Below are positions 1-11,330 of a stretch of 64,000 bases of DNA, one piece after another. Position 1 is the stretch's first letter, and each line of letters opens with the position of its first letter. The notes under the pieces are model-generated. The model made no database searches. It had not been told where the DNA came from and saw nothing but the letters and a program-made list of their open reading frames with translations. This DNA comes from Lama glama (Eukaryota), in NCBI GenBank assembly GCA_028534125.1, contig CM052818.1:48548001-48612000 (forward strand). Direction: 5' to 3'. The translations under genes were made by a program, and so were the position numbers.

Positions 1-288
1 CCATTGTCTCTTTCCTTACTTTTGCTTAAAGGATGACTGATCGTTCATTAAGGACTATTTCAGATGTCATAAAAGTACAAAATGTGATATTATGAATACC
101 TGTGACCCTCGTCCTCTGACTGAGACACAGAACACTGCAGACGGCGTGCAAGCTTTAGTCATCCTGATTCCGTTTCTCTCTCTAACTTCCTGCCACAAAC
201 CACCAGTGTCGCACACATTCATTGTCTGCCTTTGCCCCGTACTCCACTGCATTTTAACTGCATGCCAGCTTGCAAACACGCACACACA

Positions 289-665
289 TTTTATGGGCTG
301 AATTGGACCCTCCTCAAAATTCATCGTTGAATCTCCAACCCCCAGCACATTAGAACGTGACTATTTGGAGATACAGGCTTTTAACATAGTGACGAAATTA
401 AAATTAGGCCATTAGGGTGGTCCCTAATCCACCGTAGCTGGTGTCCTTATTAGAAGAGGAGGAGACAACAGACGTGTGTGCTCACGGAGGACACGGGGGA
501 AGGTGGGCATCTGTGAGCTGAGGCGAGAGGTCCCAGGAGGAACCGGCTTCACTGACATCTTGATCTCAGACGTCTACCTGCCAGACCCGTGAGAGAAGTC
601 ACTTCTGTCCCTTAAGCCACCCAGTCCGTGGTATTTTGTCGGGAGAGCCTGGGCTCAGTGACACA
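289..665 (+). mobile_element. MLT1-family (ERVL-MaLR) solo LTR
   Basis: Starts TTTTATGGGCTGAATTG...CAAAATTCAT..GTTGAA..CCAACCCCCAG, has CCCTAATCCA..CTGGTGTCCTTAT and ends TTAAGCCACCCAGT..GTGGTATTTTGT...ACA, as in MLT1A-D. Flanks ACACA (284-288) / ACCCA (666-670) fit a 5-bp TSD with 1 mismatch. Confidence 0.9.
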
Positions 666-759
666 ACCCAGAAATTAGACCCAGAATTATTTTCATGGTT
701 TCCGTGGGTGAAAGTTTAAACGTTTAAGCATCTATTTACACACATGCCTTCAGAATAAA

Positions 760-1300
760 CACTTATTAATTACAAGGGAAAAATGGAACTTCACTGGGGA
801 GCAACCGGGCAGACACCACCTTAACCAAGTGACCGCAGTTAATAGCACCAGGGGTGAGTCACGTGGACATCATGTACCCAGAGATGGCGACGTACTCAGG
901 TCTCCGTCTGATTCTGAGGAAACATCAGGCCAGCCTAGACTGAGGCACACTCTGCAAAACTCCCGACCAGAACGTCCCCAGGGTGTTGATGAAGGTCGTG
1001 AAAGACGGGCAGAGACTGGGGGTGCTGCTGCAGAGCGGAGGAGGCTAAGGGGATACTACCGCTTAAGGTGACCGGGGTCCTGCGTGGAGTCCTGGGACAG
1101 AGGAGTGACATGAGTGAAAACCCTGGCGAAACACCAAGGCCACCGCAGCGGCCTGCGATCCTTAGCACGACCATCCTGCTGTGCAGATGCTCCATGCTAC
1201 CACCCGGGGAAGCTGGGGGGCAGGGCATTTGGGATCTCTCTGTACGCTTCTGCAACATTTCTCTACGTGTTTAATTATCTCAGTATAAAGAGTCAAAAAT
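760..1300 (+). mobile_element. Ancient LINE-1 3' UTR (L1MC/L1MD-like)
   Basis: Diagnostic blocks CTTATTAATTACAAGGG, CAGACACCACCTTAACCAAGTGA and 3' GGGATCTCTCTGTAC...TGCAAC...AATTATCTCA..TAAA. Confidence 0.75.
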
Positions 1301-2021
1301 ACCCCAACAAACCTAATTTGTTAGCACTTGTCCCCTCCCCTTCGAGTTCTCAGAGGGCTAAGGACAGAGCAGCCCCAGGCTTTGCGGTGGGAGAGCAGGG
1401 TCCGCTCTTCCTGGCCCCTCCCGCACCCATTCATGTGGAACGAAGGCGGGAGGTGGGCGGGGCTCTCTCCAGTTACAAAATGGGGCCTCTGGTACTGGCT
1501 TCACAGGGTAAAGTGTGGATTACATGAGTGTTTTTGTGCAAGTGCCCCATGCAAGAGGCTCCCCAAAATGTCCATTTCAGTCCCGATCCATGTCCTCTTG
1601 TAGTAACATTCAAACGAGTAAATAGTGGGTCATACCTCACTGCTAAAACAAGGACGGGGGTGATTAGACAAGACAAGGCTTGGTCAGAACCCAGGGAAGT
1701 GGTGTCAGTCCAACTAAAGCAATAGAGATGAAGCAACTCCTGAGTGCCGCACACTGGACGGCTCCCCACGCCCTCCCCAGCCTGCTCAGGGCCTCCCGGG
1801 CTCTTCTCAGCAGCCCGTCCCGCCAGGGGTCCCCTTCCCGCAGGCTTCAGGGCTCAGCCAGCGTTAGGCACCGGCAGAAATTCAAAAGGTCCGGGAGAGA
1901 GGAATCGGGGCCTGGCTGCCCTGTCTGTCTGGATCCTACCTACCCTGACTGGGCAGCCCTCTCTCCACGGCACTCAGATGCTCCCAGCTGGGTTCCGAGA
2001 ACCACTGTCTCTCCTGTCCCT

Positions 2022-2057
2022 GTAGGCTTAGGCTTAGGGGTAAGGTTAGGGTTAGGC
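2022..2057 (+). repeat. Short degenerate telomere-like hexamer array
   Basis: GTAGGC TTAGGC TTAGGG GTAAGG TTAGGG TTAGGC: six hexamers in register. Confidence 0.75.
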
Positions 2058-3614
2058 AAAGGGTTCCTCGGGTCACCAGGCCTTGCTGCTCCCTTTAAGC
2101 CCGACAAACACAGTCAGCAAATCAACCTGAGAGAAGTCTTGCCAAAACGGTCGATTTACAGTGGATTAGTGCTGTTTGCAGCTTTTCCCCCAAAATCTGA
2201 CCACTTTTTCTCCTCCTGGTGAACTTGACAATGGAGTGAAATTTAGGTTAAAAATAAGTATTAGTCAAGTAGACTTGTTTGGCATCAACCTCAAACCTCT
2301 GCAGTTTCTATGAATCCAACACTGGCAAGAGTCAGAAAAGGCGGGATGGTGGCCGTGGAAAGCGTGGGCCCCACGGAGGGTGAAAAACTCTAGCCAGCAG
2401 GTCCGCACCCCAGGCGGCACGGGGTGGGCGCGGCAACTGTAAAGAAAGCGCCAGCCCTTCCGTCTGCGGGGGGCCTGCTGCTCCCTGCAGTTGGGCTCTT
2501 AGGTGGCAACTTTAAAATAATTGTCCATCTTGTCTGCGATGGTTCTTCCGGTGGAAGAAGACGCGTTTCTCTCTCTCTTAGCACTTGAACAACGACGCTG
2601 GGCTTTATGTGGTTTAACGACCACTCACTTGGCAGGGATTTTGTGAGGCTTTGACTACATGATGCCACTACCCACCGCCCAGAAAGGTAGAGATTAATGC
2701 ATTCTTTTGGTTCTAGGACACCTTTTTATTTAACATTTAACATTCAACTATATAAAAATATTCTATCTGGTCACCAGTAAAGGGATGAAATACATTCTAA
2801 TAATAGTTGTCACTACCTTCACATATGAATTTTGCCAACTTTAAAAGGGAGCCCTTCAACTAATTATTATTTCAGTTTTGATATTTCCATTTATAGAAAT
2901 AGACTTAACTTTAACTTAAATGTCCATCCTTAAATGTTACTTAAAATATCATTAAAATATAACACCTTATTCGAGTACTGGCATTAGAAAGGCATTGTAT
3001 ACATGCAAATTTGCACACCATATACTAGGCAATGCAATTAAAGACTGTAGAAGAAGCCAAATGTCGCAGAATAAATCATAGACTTTTCAACATTATTAGA
3101 ACTTGATGAGACATTCAGGGGCCAGATATCCAGGTTTGAAAAGCTCCCCCTATTTAATTTCTGTATTGGAAGTGTGGACATACTTGTCTTGAAAATTTCT
3201 AATGTTTTCCATTGATGTTCTAGATCAGGTTTTTTTTTTTTAATTTCCTGAGACAAATTAGCTGACTAATTTTTGGTATATCTTTGTACATGCCCCACTG
3301 ATGTTTAGAAATAATAAACATACACTGTTCGTGTTGTGTTCACTTCTCCATATTTCATCTATGTCTTTATCCGTATTCATGTCAGACTGGCATCCATGTA
3401 AGCTCACGTTCAAGATATATATCCAAATATATACAATTAATATATATGCATATACATGATTCAAATATTAATGTGGATTAAGAAGTCACCCTTGTTAAAT
3501 ATTTAATCAAATCTCCTGTAGTTGTAATGAATTATTATGTACTTTGTTGGTTTCTGAGCTAAATTTTATCTCTAGTAATTTGCTTTCTGTATTTTGAATC
3601 TATATTGTTAGTAA

Positions 3615-4143
3615 TGTTACCGAGTCCAGACTCCTTCTGCTCACCGCACGACAGGCCAATAAATTGGGAGAAGAGGTATTGGGGCAAGGAAAAGCGACTT
3701 TATTCAGAAAGCTGGCAGACCGAGAGGATGGCAGACTAATGTCTTGGAGAATCATCCTGCTCCAGTCAGAATACGGACTCCTTTTATTAAAACAACAAAA
3801 CAAAACAAAACAAAACAAGGAAGAGGGTGTGGTTGGTTGTTGCAAATTTCTTTCCGCAGGAATTCTTTGTCCTTGCAGCCATCCACGTGGGCCAGGCCAT
3901 GGTGTCCCTGTAAACCTCCAACAAAACAATGGTTATTCTCTGTTTTGCAACTTGCCATCTCCACTAAGTGCAGAAGAGCTGACATCCTTAAAGGTCAGAG
4001 CCCCGGGAAGAGGCGCTCCTGCATATTTCAGGCTAAAGGCAACATTGCTTTACAAAAGGTGCAGAGCCTAGAATACAGGGCACAGTGTTTAAAGCTAAAG
4101 TAACAGATCCAAAATGGAGTCAGATTTGTTCTCCTCTATTGCA
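3615..4143 (-). mobile_element. ERV1-class solo LTR
   Basis: TG...CA termini (TGTTACC...TATTGCA), 529 bp. On the minus strand there is AATAAA near 3699-3704 and a TATA-like TTTAATAAAAG near 3781-3791. Internal (AAAAC)n. Flanks GTAA/GCGA could be a decayed 4-bp TSD. Confidence 0.8.
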
Positions 4144-4627
4144 GCGATGTAAAGTTCATAGCTATTTTAACTTTCCAAATAAATATTCTTCTTTGTTCTG
4201 TTTAAAGACTTTTGCTTTGAATTCTCTTTTGGCTTCCCTGCCTGTGCTGCTTATATTTTTATCAGCATTTGTTTGGTGTACCTTTTTCCCTATTCTCCAA
4301 TTTAATACCTTTTTGAAATTTTGTTCTAGATATTTCCTTCTGACTTCCAGGTGACTTTAATCTTTTCATACTTATCATGGTTCTTAAATGAGGACTTAGT
4401 TCTTAAAACTTTGTGTTTTCTGTTTACCATGCTTATTATTACTTCTTTTGGTCTGAGTTTCCTTTTTTTGTTTTGTTTTGTTTTGTCTTTTTTTCTTTCT
4501 CTAGAGATTTGATGTAACAACATCTATTTCTATTTTTCTAGTTGTTTTTCTTAAATGTTTGCCATAAATGTTTTAACCGATTTTTTAAAAATCCATTTGA
4601 TGACAGTTATCTCCACCTCACCCCCGT

Positions 4628-5170
4628 TGAGGCAGGAAGCCCCATAAAAAGACCAGCAGGACCCCCTAGGCAGGGCCACTGCTCTCCTGCCAGCACCATC
4701 TGGTTCCCTGGCCTAGAGGCTCTATCTCACTTTTTGCCTCTGAAGCAGCTTGCTTACCTCTAAAATTCTATTGGTTCCCTGAGCTCACTCCTGATTGGTT
4801 CATTTCCCTAACTTCTGATTGGTCCATTTGTAGTACTTTATTTGCATGGAGCTCACTGCTGATTGGTCCACTTCCCTCACTCTTGATTGGTTCTCTCCCT
4901 CCTGATTGGTCCATTTCTACAAAGCTTGCTCCTAATTAGTCAACTTTCATTATACCTCATTTGCATATGGTGTTGCAAAGTGTAAACTGGCAGCCTATAA
5001 AAAAAAAGCCAGTATAAATCTACAGACATTATCCAGAGCTTGGAGTGTTAACTTCTCTGGGCCCACTGGTATAATAAGCCTGAGTTCTCCAACTCTCCAA
5101 GTGCTGCTTGGTCTCTCACCTGGATCCAGGTTGCCATCACAACTGAGCTGTAACACATTTTTCCACAACA
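4628..5170 (+). mobile_element. ERV1-class solo LTR with CCAAT-box array
   Basis: TGAGGCAG...CCACAACA termini, 543 bp. U3 has six ATTGG and two ATTTGCAT, with TATAAAA at 4996. Flanks CCGT/CTGC are consistent with a decayed 4-bp TSD. Confidence 0.85.
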
Positions 5171-5954
5171 CTGCTGCCAACATACTAGCATCAATTTTTT
5201 TAAATCTACTATGATTTATTCCCCTCTAATAAGAATTACGCCTCTCTAATAGTTCTCTGATAGGATTTTTTTCTTGTAGTGCCTAGTCTTGTTTTACAGT
5301 CTCCAGTTCTTCTTTCATGAGTATCTCTTTATTTCTCCATTGATATCAAATTTACTTGTATTCAAGCACTTTTTAGATTTTGCTTTTCAGTTTTTTAATT
5401 TGCTGAGTATGTTTTGTTTCTTTCATGATGTTGGTTTTCTTCATATGTTCCTGTGGATTTGCGGTATAGGAGGGAAATTTCAGCTCCTGTTCTTTCTACA
5501 TCTTGAGGCCAAAAGTCTTCTCAAGCTGACACTTAAGAGCAGCTGTTTAGCTGTCAGTAATACATAATTTTATTAAGAGAAAAAGTAGAAGAGTAAGTGT
5601 ACAAAAAGCTAGGTAAAATGCTGATAGTTTTCACTTTCCTCAAAATTAAATTATCAACACAAGTGTTAAAAAACAGATGATGTGTATGGTTTATAAAAAT
5701 GTATCATGATATGATGTACAACTTCCTGTAGTAAAAATAATTCTGAAGCGTTCTTATTACCTAATAAGAAGAAAGTTTAGATTTATCATAATTTGGTTAT
5801 GATATTGTGGAAGAAAGTGTCACAGACTGTCATAAGTATGTTATCATTGGTTGAACGTGTGTGTGTATTATGACATATTCCTTCATGTCAACAAGCTGTC
5901 ATTTTGTCTATAATAGCTCTTACAATTAGTGGCTTTTTCTAATCAAGAAAACGT

Positions 5955-6070
5955 GATATCATCCCAGTTTTATGGATGCAACACTGAAGTACAAAGAGGT
6001 TAATTAACTTAGTATAGGTCACGCAGAAAGAACCAGCATTTGAAAATAGGATGTCTGACTACAGAGCCCT
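5955..6070 (-). mobile_element. MIR SINE fragment
   Basis: ATCCCAGTTTTATGGATGCAACACTGAAGTACAAAGAGGTTAATTAACTT...GGTCAC resembles the MIR core. Confidence 0.7.
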
Positions 6071-6804
6071 TTTTCTTTTTTCCACATGGAAGGTCACTTG
6101 ACCTCTGCAAGGAGGGTTAACATGCTTAATTCCTCTGCAGAAGGGGAAGAGAAAACATTGTGCATGGGATGTGAATGCTAATTTTCACTTTATTTCTCTG
6201 ATCACCCCAAGACTGAGGTAACCATCTCTTCTAAAGCTTCCAAAACAACACATTGCTGACTTTTGTAGGCCTTTCTAAAAAAGAGAAAAAAAAAACTATA
6301 TAATTGTTGCCTGTTTACTTGTTTGCCTTTGAAGCTGTTCTGTCATCTTATTGAGGAACGAGTTAATTGTCACATTTTTAGTATGAAGCACAGTGTCTAA
6401 TATATAATAGATTATCAACAAATATCTATATAAATGAATTCATATCATAATTAACACAATGAAAAATGCACCTATTAACCAAAAGTTTGGAAATCAAATA
6501 ATGAGATTACCGATGCCTTTTTTTTCTCTAGTTTCTAAAAAACTTTAGGATGAGATTTCAATATGTTGCAGGGTGGGAGTGAGGGAAGTAAAAACACTGA
6601 GACGGCGGGACTTGGAACCTGGGTCCTTGTTCCAGATATTCCACAAACTCTGCAAACTTAACATTTTGGGGCTTAAGTAAAAAGCAAAGCTAGGAGATTG
6701 TGTTAGATGCTGTCTAAAGCCCCTTCCAGCTATCACAGTGAGTGATATTAAAAACCAGATTCCTTTTCGTTGGTAAAATTGGAAATCTTATTATAAGCAT
6801 TTCC

Positions 6805-7292
6805 TGTAAAACCTGATAGGGAGGGAAATGGCTGCTGGAGAAACAGGCAATTACAGGTTTCCTGATCATCTACTCTGTTCTCCTTGTGAACACGGAGAAA
6901 ACCTATGGATGAAACTGAACGTGATCGTGTCAATGGAGAACCACAGAAGTAACCATCAAGGTATGTCGCGGTGTGCCGTGAGTGCAAGCTTGGCGAGTAA
7001 TCTGACCCTCAAGGATGCACTTAGATGTGGAACTGAGTGTATTCACAACACGATGGTTCTCACACAGAAAGGACAAGATCTGGAAAAGGTCACCTTGCTG
7101 ACCACGTCTTGACACATCCAGGGAAGGAACTTCCGAGGCCATTCAATATGTTTGCTGGCTTCCAGGGCCCCTCTCAGAGGGTCATTGCTCTTCTCTTTAA
7201 GTATTTATAGGCCTCTTCCTTTTGCTCTGCCTAATACACATCATCCTTGCTTTAGGGAACATTATATGCCTCTTAGGGGCTAACATACTACA
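6805..7292. mobile_element. Possible old LTR-like element, family unassigned
   Basis: 488 bp bounded by TGTA...TACA, with TATTTATA near 7202 and higher GC than its left flank. No direct TSD seen. Confidence 0.35.
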
Positions 7293-8039
7293 GGAAAAAT
7301 GCTTAAGGACTCAGATTTCAGACATTTTTAATGACTGGAAAGATTAGAGAGGGAAAATGAAGTCACGTAAGAGAACAAAGAACACTCCAGGAGAGCCCAG
7401 ACTGTCCCTGCAGAGAGAAAGTATCCAAACCGAGGAAACAGGAGCCCCGTAGCTGGAGCGGTGTTCTAAGGCTCAGGTTGGAATCTCGTGTGTGCGAATG
7501 TCACTTTGCCTGGAAGGTAAAAGTTATAAAACAGGAAAATTTTGCTTAACCAGAAACGTAGCTAATTGGAAACTCCAAGTAAGGTAGTAGGGACAGCTCT
7601 GTATTTTAGAAGAAAGTAAGTCCCCAGAAAAAGTCCACGTAGAGAGTCGGTGTTGGCTCAGCGGAGCCGAAGCCCGTTCCGCCCGCCTTCCACGTACACA
7701 GAACTATGTCCCGATGCTGCCCTTTATAAAGGTGTCCAGAGGCTTTTAAATTCTCTGTCTCTGTCCAAAGATACACTGTATTCCTTAGAGCCAAAATATT
7801 TCTGGAGGAACATAGACTTGGTAGAAAACTGTTCTTTCAAGTTCAAGCACTTAATGATTTCTTGTGAGTCCTTAATTGATCCGAAAATGAGGTGTCCCAG
7901 AATCCTTGTTCCCCCCCTCTTTATTTTAATCCCAGATGTACTGAAAAGAAGGAATGAAGATAAAAATAATGACAATTGTGATGTAGGAATGACGATTGTG
8001 TTCAGAATTGATGTTTGGAGCTGCTACAACTCAAGAGGA

Positions 8040-8850
8040 AAACAATCAAAACACAAACAATACCCAGATTAACAAATGAACTAAGGACCTAAACATGTCT
8101 CAAAAGAGGACATACAAATGGCTAACAAGCATATGAAAAGATGTTCAGCGCCACTAAGCATCAGGGAAATGCGAATCAGAACCACGATGAGACACCACCT
8201 CCCCCCTGTCAGGACGGCTGCTGTCAGAAATCTAGACACGTGTTGAGAGGAGGTGGAGAAATCGGAACCCTGTGCACTGTTGGGGGGGTACAAAATGGTG
8301 CAGTCGTTAGGGAAAACAGTACAGAGTTTCCTCAAAAAATTAAAAGTGGAACTCCCGCCTGATTCAGCAGCCCCACTGCTGGGTAATTATCCAAAAGAGT
8401 TGGAATCAGGATCTCCAAGAGGCATTAGCATTCCCACAGTAATTGCAGCAATATTTACAATACCTAAGATGTGCAAGCAACCTAAATGTCCATTTACAGA
8501 TAAATGGATAAGAAATATATATATACACACACACATATATATATACACACACACACACAATGGAGTACTGTTCAGTCTTTAAAAAGAAGGAAATTCTGTA
8601 ACCTATGACAACACAGACGAACGCTGAGTGTATTGAGGATGTCAGGCGAAGTGAAATAAGCAAGTCACAGGAAGATAAATAGTGTGTGACTCCGCTTATC
8701 TGAGATATTCCAAAAGAGTCAAGTCCATCGACTCAAAGAGCAGAATGGCGGTTGCCAGGGGTGGGGCGGGTAGGGGCGGGGACGGGGGACTTGCGAAGTC
8801 ACTAGCCAACGGGCATGAAGTTTCAGTTAAAAAAGAAGGGTCAGCTCTGG
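8040..8850 (+). mobile_element. LINE-1 ORF2 3' end and 3' UTR (L1MA/L1MB-like)
   Basis: ORF 8253-8582 (..LKKLKVELPPDSAAPLLGNYPKE..TVIAAIFTIPKMCKQPKCP..DKWI) is the L1 ORF2 C-terminus with frameshifts. A G-rich UTR tract follows. Confidence 0.92.
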
Positions 8851-10022
8851 GGGGAACCTATGTTTGGGTAACAGCCCTGCACTGTTCACTCCAGTTTTCA
8901 GAGTTGACCTTCACTCGGAAACCACAGCAGAAGTCAAGGAGCAGAAGCAGCTGTGTGGGGATGTTACATCTTAGAAGACGTGGTGCCAACAGGCAAAGAC
9001 AGGCTTGACCTTTGTAGTTGGTTAGAGAAAAACAAAAAGGAAGGGAAAAAAAGAAACAGGGTGCGACCAAGTTGGCGCTGGTGCTGTCTGAGCGGTGAGG
9101 CGACTTTTCTTCCTTCTTGTGTGTTTGTTGGCAATTTTCTTTCGTGAGCTTTGTAGTACTTTACAACCCGAGAAAACACATTTTATAATTTTTATGAATA
9201 AACAGAAAGCCGCTGAAAAGACAAAAAAAAGTGAAGGTGCTCATATTCAAATCCAAAACTTGAAAACCCAAATCTTAAATAGGGTGATGACTATGACATG
9301 CACAGGACCATTCCCCTGCCCGAAGCCCCCATCCTGCTTCCTGCAGAGACGCAGCCCCGGCCCGCAGCTGCCTGTGTTCCCAAGTGGGTAAGATTTACTG
9401 TCTGGTGGGGGCAGGGAGGAGAACTGTTAGGAGATATTGATTGCAATTAACTTTGCCCCTGATGGGTGCACCACCCCAGGTGAGCCCTGCTATTTAGCAA
9501 ATGGGGGAGACTCAAAGATTAATGGAGGTTGTCAGTAGGGTGGTGGGCTGGGGCCCAGAGGGTCACGTAACTCCATTTTCCCCACTCTGAAAGTGAAATT
9601 ATCAGGGGTAACAGGGAGAGGGGTTATGCGAGTGAAGAGAATGATCAATGCCACTGATCGTATTCCCACCCCTAATCACTGTGGCAGAGCTCAGAGAAAC
9701 AAAGCTCCTTTTAGTGATGTTCTAAAGTGCACGACCTGGATGCCTTTCGCAATTAAATATAATTGCAAGAGTCTGTTTGCTTCCTGCCCGGTCCTCTCAC
9801 TTCTGCCTCCTGTTGATGGAGGTCTCACTGTGTCACCTCTGCAGTAAGTGCCTTTGTGTGGATTTCATGGAGCTGACGAAATGACCACCGCAGCAGAGGG
9901 AAGGGTACCTGAGACGTACCAGGGCACCTGCCTCCCCTTACATCGCATCATGGGTGCACCTGGCAAGGGAGACAGGTTGGTCCCATTGGAAGCGATGGGC
10001 TGTAAGTCAATAAATATACATA

Positions 10023-10028
<6 letters not shown>

Positions 10029-10052
<24 letters not shown>
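10029..10052. repeat. (TG)12 microsatellite
   Basis: Direct reading. Confidence 0.95.
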
Positions 10053-10053
<1 letters not shown>

Positions 10054-11164
10054 ACGTATCTATATACCAAAATAAGAATTGATGAGTCAGAGAGCACCTC
10101 TCCTGAGACTCGGAGCAGAATCAGGAGGCGGCAGATAACTGTGTGTGCTGCTTCTCAGCACTTCTCCATCACTCGGTAGCAACCATCTCCTTATTGGTTA
10201 GCTCCTGTGAAAGGCTACCGAGATAAATGCCATCATTCTTTGAGCCGACTGAAGAATGAACGGAAACAGAAGGGCAACAGCAGAGGCGAAATTTTTAAAA
10301 AGCACAGATTCCCAAGGAGGAGCTCATGCAGAGAGATACGGCAGCAGAACATCTCAGGAAACAAAGGTTGTGGCAGGTTGGCGTGTTCAGCTTCACTTGA
10401 GTTCCACCCGACTGGCCTCCCGGAACGGGCCTTTGTTACAGGGACTCCTGCTCCCCTAAAGCAGTACGTCTTCTCAGGGACTATGGTGCCATCATAAATC
10501 ATCGTTTGCGTGACGTATTTGTGCTAATAAATCCACATTAAAGAGAGAGAGTGAGAGAGAGAAAGGTAAGTGGTTAACAGTCAGCCACAGTTCTAAGCCG
10601 TAGGGAGACGAACGTCACCGTGGGTTTCTCCGGACACACAGGTTTGTGTGGCTGCCATCAAATTAAATGTGTTTTCTCCCCTGGGCAGCTGTAGCTGCGG
10701 GTCAGCATAGAGTGGCCCGGGGCAATGTCACTTCCCTTTGGGGTCAGGGGACTGGGAGCTCTCCATGTGACGGAAGATGCCCTGAAAGCAAAGATGTGAG
10801 AGAGCCGGTCGTAAGCTCGTTTGTCTTGGATTCTCCTCAATTGCTTCTCCTAAAACGACCAAAATCGAGCGAGTCTATTTAGTGGCTTGGAAAGAAAAGG
10901 AAGAGATGGATTACTCAAGAAACTAAAAATTTCCTCTGGAACCTCCCAAGAAGGCTCAGCGACCAGGAACACCCCTCGCAAGTCTGCATTTGGCTAAGAA
11001 GCCAAGTGCACAGCTGCTTCATGGGGACGTTGAAAACGTCTTCGAAGTTCACCCACCTTCTTTGTCTCAGCCTTTTCTGCAAAATGCTCCACATCAAACG
11101 CAGAGAATTAGTGGAGATGAAAGTGAAGAAATGCGGGCTATGCAACCGGACCGAGCGGCGCTGG

Positions 11165-11330
11165 AGCTCTTACTCCATCTTCTGCTAAACGTGTGTCTCA
11201 GATTCCTGGTCTCAGTAATTGGAACAGTAACGACCATTTTGCATGGGTTACTGTGGGGATGGACTGAGATAACGCGTGTTAATGTTTAAAAATACACAAA
11301 GCAGTGACAAAACATCGCTCAGAACCAGAT
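11165..11330 (+). mobile_element. MIR SINE fragment
   Basis: TGTCTCAGATTCCTGGTCT..TAATTGG...GGGTTACTGTGGGGAT..ACTGAGATAACGCGTGT resembles the MIR core and 3' part. Confidence 0.6.

Larger units (their letters stand above)
3200..5520 (-). mobile_element. Highly decayed ancient LINE-1 (L1M-like), interrupted by two solo LTRs
   Basis: T-rich antisense L1-like text on both sides of and between the LTRs (e.g. 4230-4340). Boundaries are approximate. Confidence 0.5.
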
